DNA of 64,000 nt, from NCBI GenBank assembly GCA_029977785.1, contig JAPOKG010000001.1, forward strand, positions 97-64,096, written 5' to 3'. The DNA is from Actinomycetota bacterium (lineage in GTDB: Bacteria; Actinomycetota; Actinomycetes; Nanopelagicales; Nanopelagicaceae). Below are positions 62,860-64,000 of the stretch, in pieces. The translations under genes were made by a program, and so were the position numbers. The stretch's first letter is position 1. Every line of letters begins with the position of its first letter. The notes beneath the pieces were generated by a model. The model saw nothing but the letters and a program-made list of their open reading frames with translations. It searched no databases and was not told where the DNA came from.

Positions 62860-63200
62860 CGCGCCAACTCAATATTTGTATGGAAGCAGGAGCGATCGCC
62901 GGTATGGCAGGCAGCACCGCTCTGTTCAACTTTAAGTAACAAGGCATCGCCATCGCAATCTAAAGAGATGGAGTGAACCATCTGCGTATTTCCCGAAGTG
63001 GCGCCCTTCTCCCAGAGTTCGCTACGACTACGCGACCAATAGGTGGCGCGTCCTGTCTGGATAGTCAAAGCTAAAGATTGAGTATTCATATATGCCAACA
63101 TCAAAACTTCACCGCTTGTGGCATCTTGGGCAATCGCTGGAATCAGAGTTGATGGATCTTTGAGTAGCGCAAGAATTGCCTCGGGAAGTTGGCTGCTCAT
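62856..63200 (-). CDS. hisI: Phosphoribosyl-AMP cyclohydrolase
   Basis: [33 protein letters not shown]. Confidence 0.96.
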   Translation of the reverse strand: MSSQLPEAILALLKDPSTLIPAIAQDATSGEVLMLAYMNTQSLALTIQTGRATYWSRSRSELWEKGATSGNTQMVHSISLDCDGDALLLKVEQSGAACHTGDRSCFHTNIELAR

Positions 63201-63215
63201 AGAGCCTATTCTGCC

Positions 63216-63989
63216 TTACGAAGCCTGTGCGTTGCGAACTGAATAACCCTGGCCTTGCAAGTACTTCTTCACATCAGGAATACGGTGAATCCCAAAGTGA
63301 AAGACGCTTGCAGCCAAGAGCGCATCTGCGCCGGCATCGAGGGCAGCAGAGAAATCTTCTAGCGTTCCCGCCCCACCACTTGCAATCAGTGGCACTCGCG
63401 AGACAGCGCGCACCGCAGTGATCATTCCAATGTCATAACCAGCACGAGTTCCATCGGCATCCATAGAATTTAAGAGAATCTCGCCAACGCCGAGCACACA
63501 TGCTTTCTCAACCCACGCAAGTGCGTCTACACCTGCGCTCTGCCTTCCACCATGGGTAGTAACTTCAAATCCTGATTCAGTGCGCGCGCGGCGTGCATCC
63601 ACTGAGAGAACGAGAACTTGTGAGCCAAAACGATCGGCAATTTCAGCGATTAACTCAGGTCGTGCTAGCGCTGCAGTGTTGATAGAGACTTTATCTGCAC
63701 CTGCACGCAGTAATTGATTCACATCATCAACGGTACGTATTCCCCCACCAACTGTCAGAGGAATAAAGACTTGCTCTGCAGTTTTTCGAACTACATCAAG
63801 TGTTGTTTCTCGCCCTGCAGCACTTGCTGATATATCGAGAAAGGTGAGTTCATCTGCTCCTTCACGTCCATAAAGCGCAGCCATCTCAACGGGATCTCCA
63901 GCATCGCGAAGATCTGTGAAGTTAACTCCCTTGACTACGCGACCATCTGTGACATCCAGACAGGGAATGATGCGAACGGAAAGGCTCAT
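63216..63989 (-). CDS. hisF: Imidazole glycerol phosphate synthase cyclase subunit
   Basis: [40 protein letters not shown]. Confidence 0.98.
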   Translation of the reverse strand: MSLSVRIIPCLDVTDGRVVKGVNFTDLRDAGDPVEMAALYGREGADELTFLDISASAAGRETTLDVVRKTAEQVFIPLTVGGGIRTVDDVNQLLRAGADKVSINTAALARPELIAEIADRFGSQVLVLSVDARRARTESGFEVTTHGGRQSAGVDALAWVEKACVLGVGEILLNSMDADGTRAGYDIGMITAVRAVSRVPLIASGGAGTLEDFSAALDAGADALLAASVFHFGIHRIPDVKKYLQGQGYSVRNAQAS

Positions 63990-64000
63990 TGTTTGGTTAA

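Overview
A very gene-dense, mostly minus-strand core-genome segment of a streamlined actinobacterium. Gene content and order (whiA-yvcK-rapZ, rbpA-secG, sufR operon, PdtaR-type ANTAR regulator), moderate GC and tiny intergenic spacers suggest the freshwater acI / Nanopelagicales (Ca. Planktophila-like) lineage; this is an inference. Reading along the minus strand from the right end: hisF-hisI-trpE-(51-aa mini protein)-trpC-trpB-trpA-DoxX/MauE-DsbA-lgt-VIT1-gltB-gltD-pyk-tRNA-Leu(CAA)-ANTAR response regulator-liv ABC transporter, polA, rpsA-coaE-uvrBAC-rapZ-yvcK-whiA-gap-pgk-tpiA-secG-rbpA, the suf operon, an ABC exporter, fabG-fabI, infC-rpmI-rplT-trmH-pheST-argC-argJ (partial). Plus-strand genes: DUF3099-SURF1, ctaA-tkt-pgi, an MFS gene broken by one in-frame TGA, and a PaaI thioesterase. 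I found no mobile elements, CRISPR arrays, prophage or defence genes. The most interesting signals are non-coding or missed by the ORF track: (i) a possible RNA-level nitrogen module, made of a gltB 5' leader with ANTAR-like loops and a competing SD-sequestering stem, an ANTAR regulator gene starting 1 nt after a tRNA-Leu discriminator base, and a switchable or pseudoknot leader in front of the liv operon; (ii) an unannotated, miniaturised trp-operon membrane protein; (iii) widespread leaderless-type promoters, several built from the upstream gene's stop codon; (iv) tandem ARG boxes, a non-canonical ATC start for infC, a 35-bp tandem repeat at the fabI 3' end, and an rpsA 3' hairpin that exposes an anti-SD loop. 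All regulatory interpretations are hypotheses from reading the sequence by eye.
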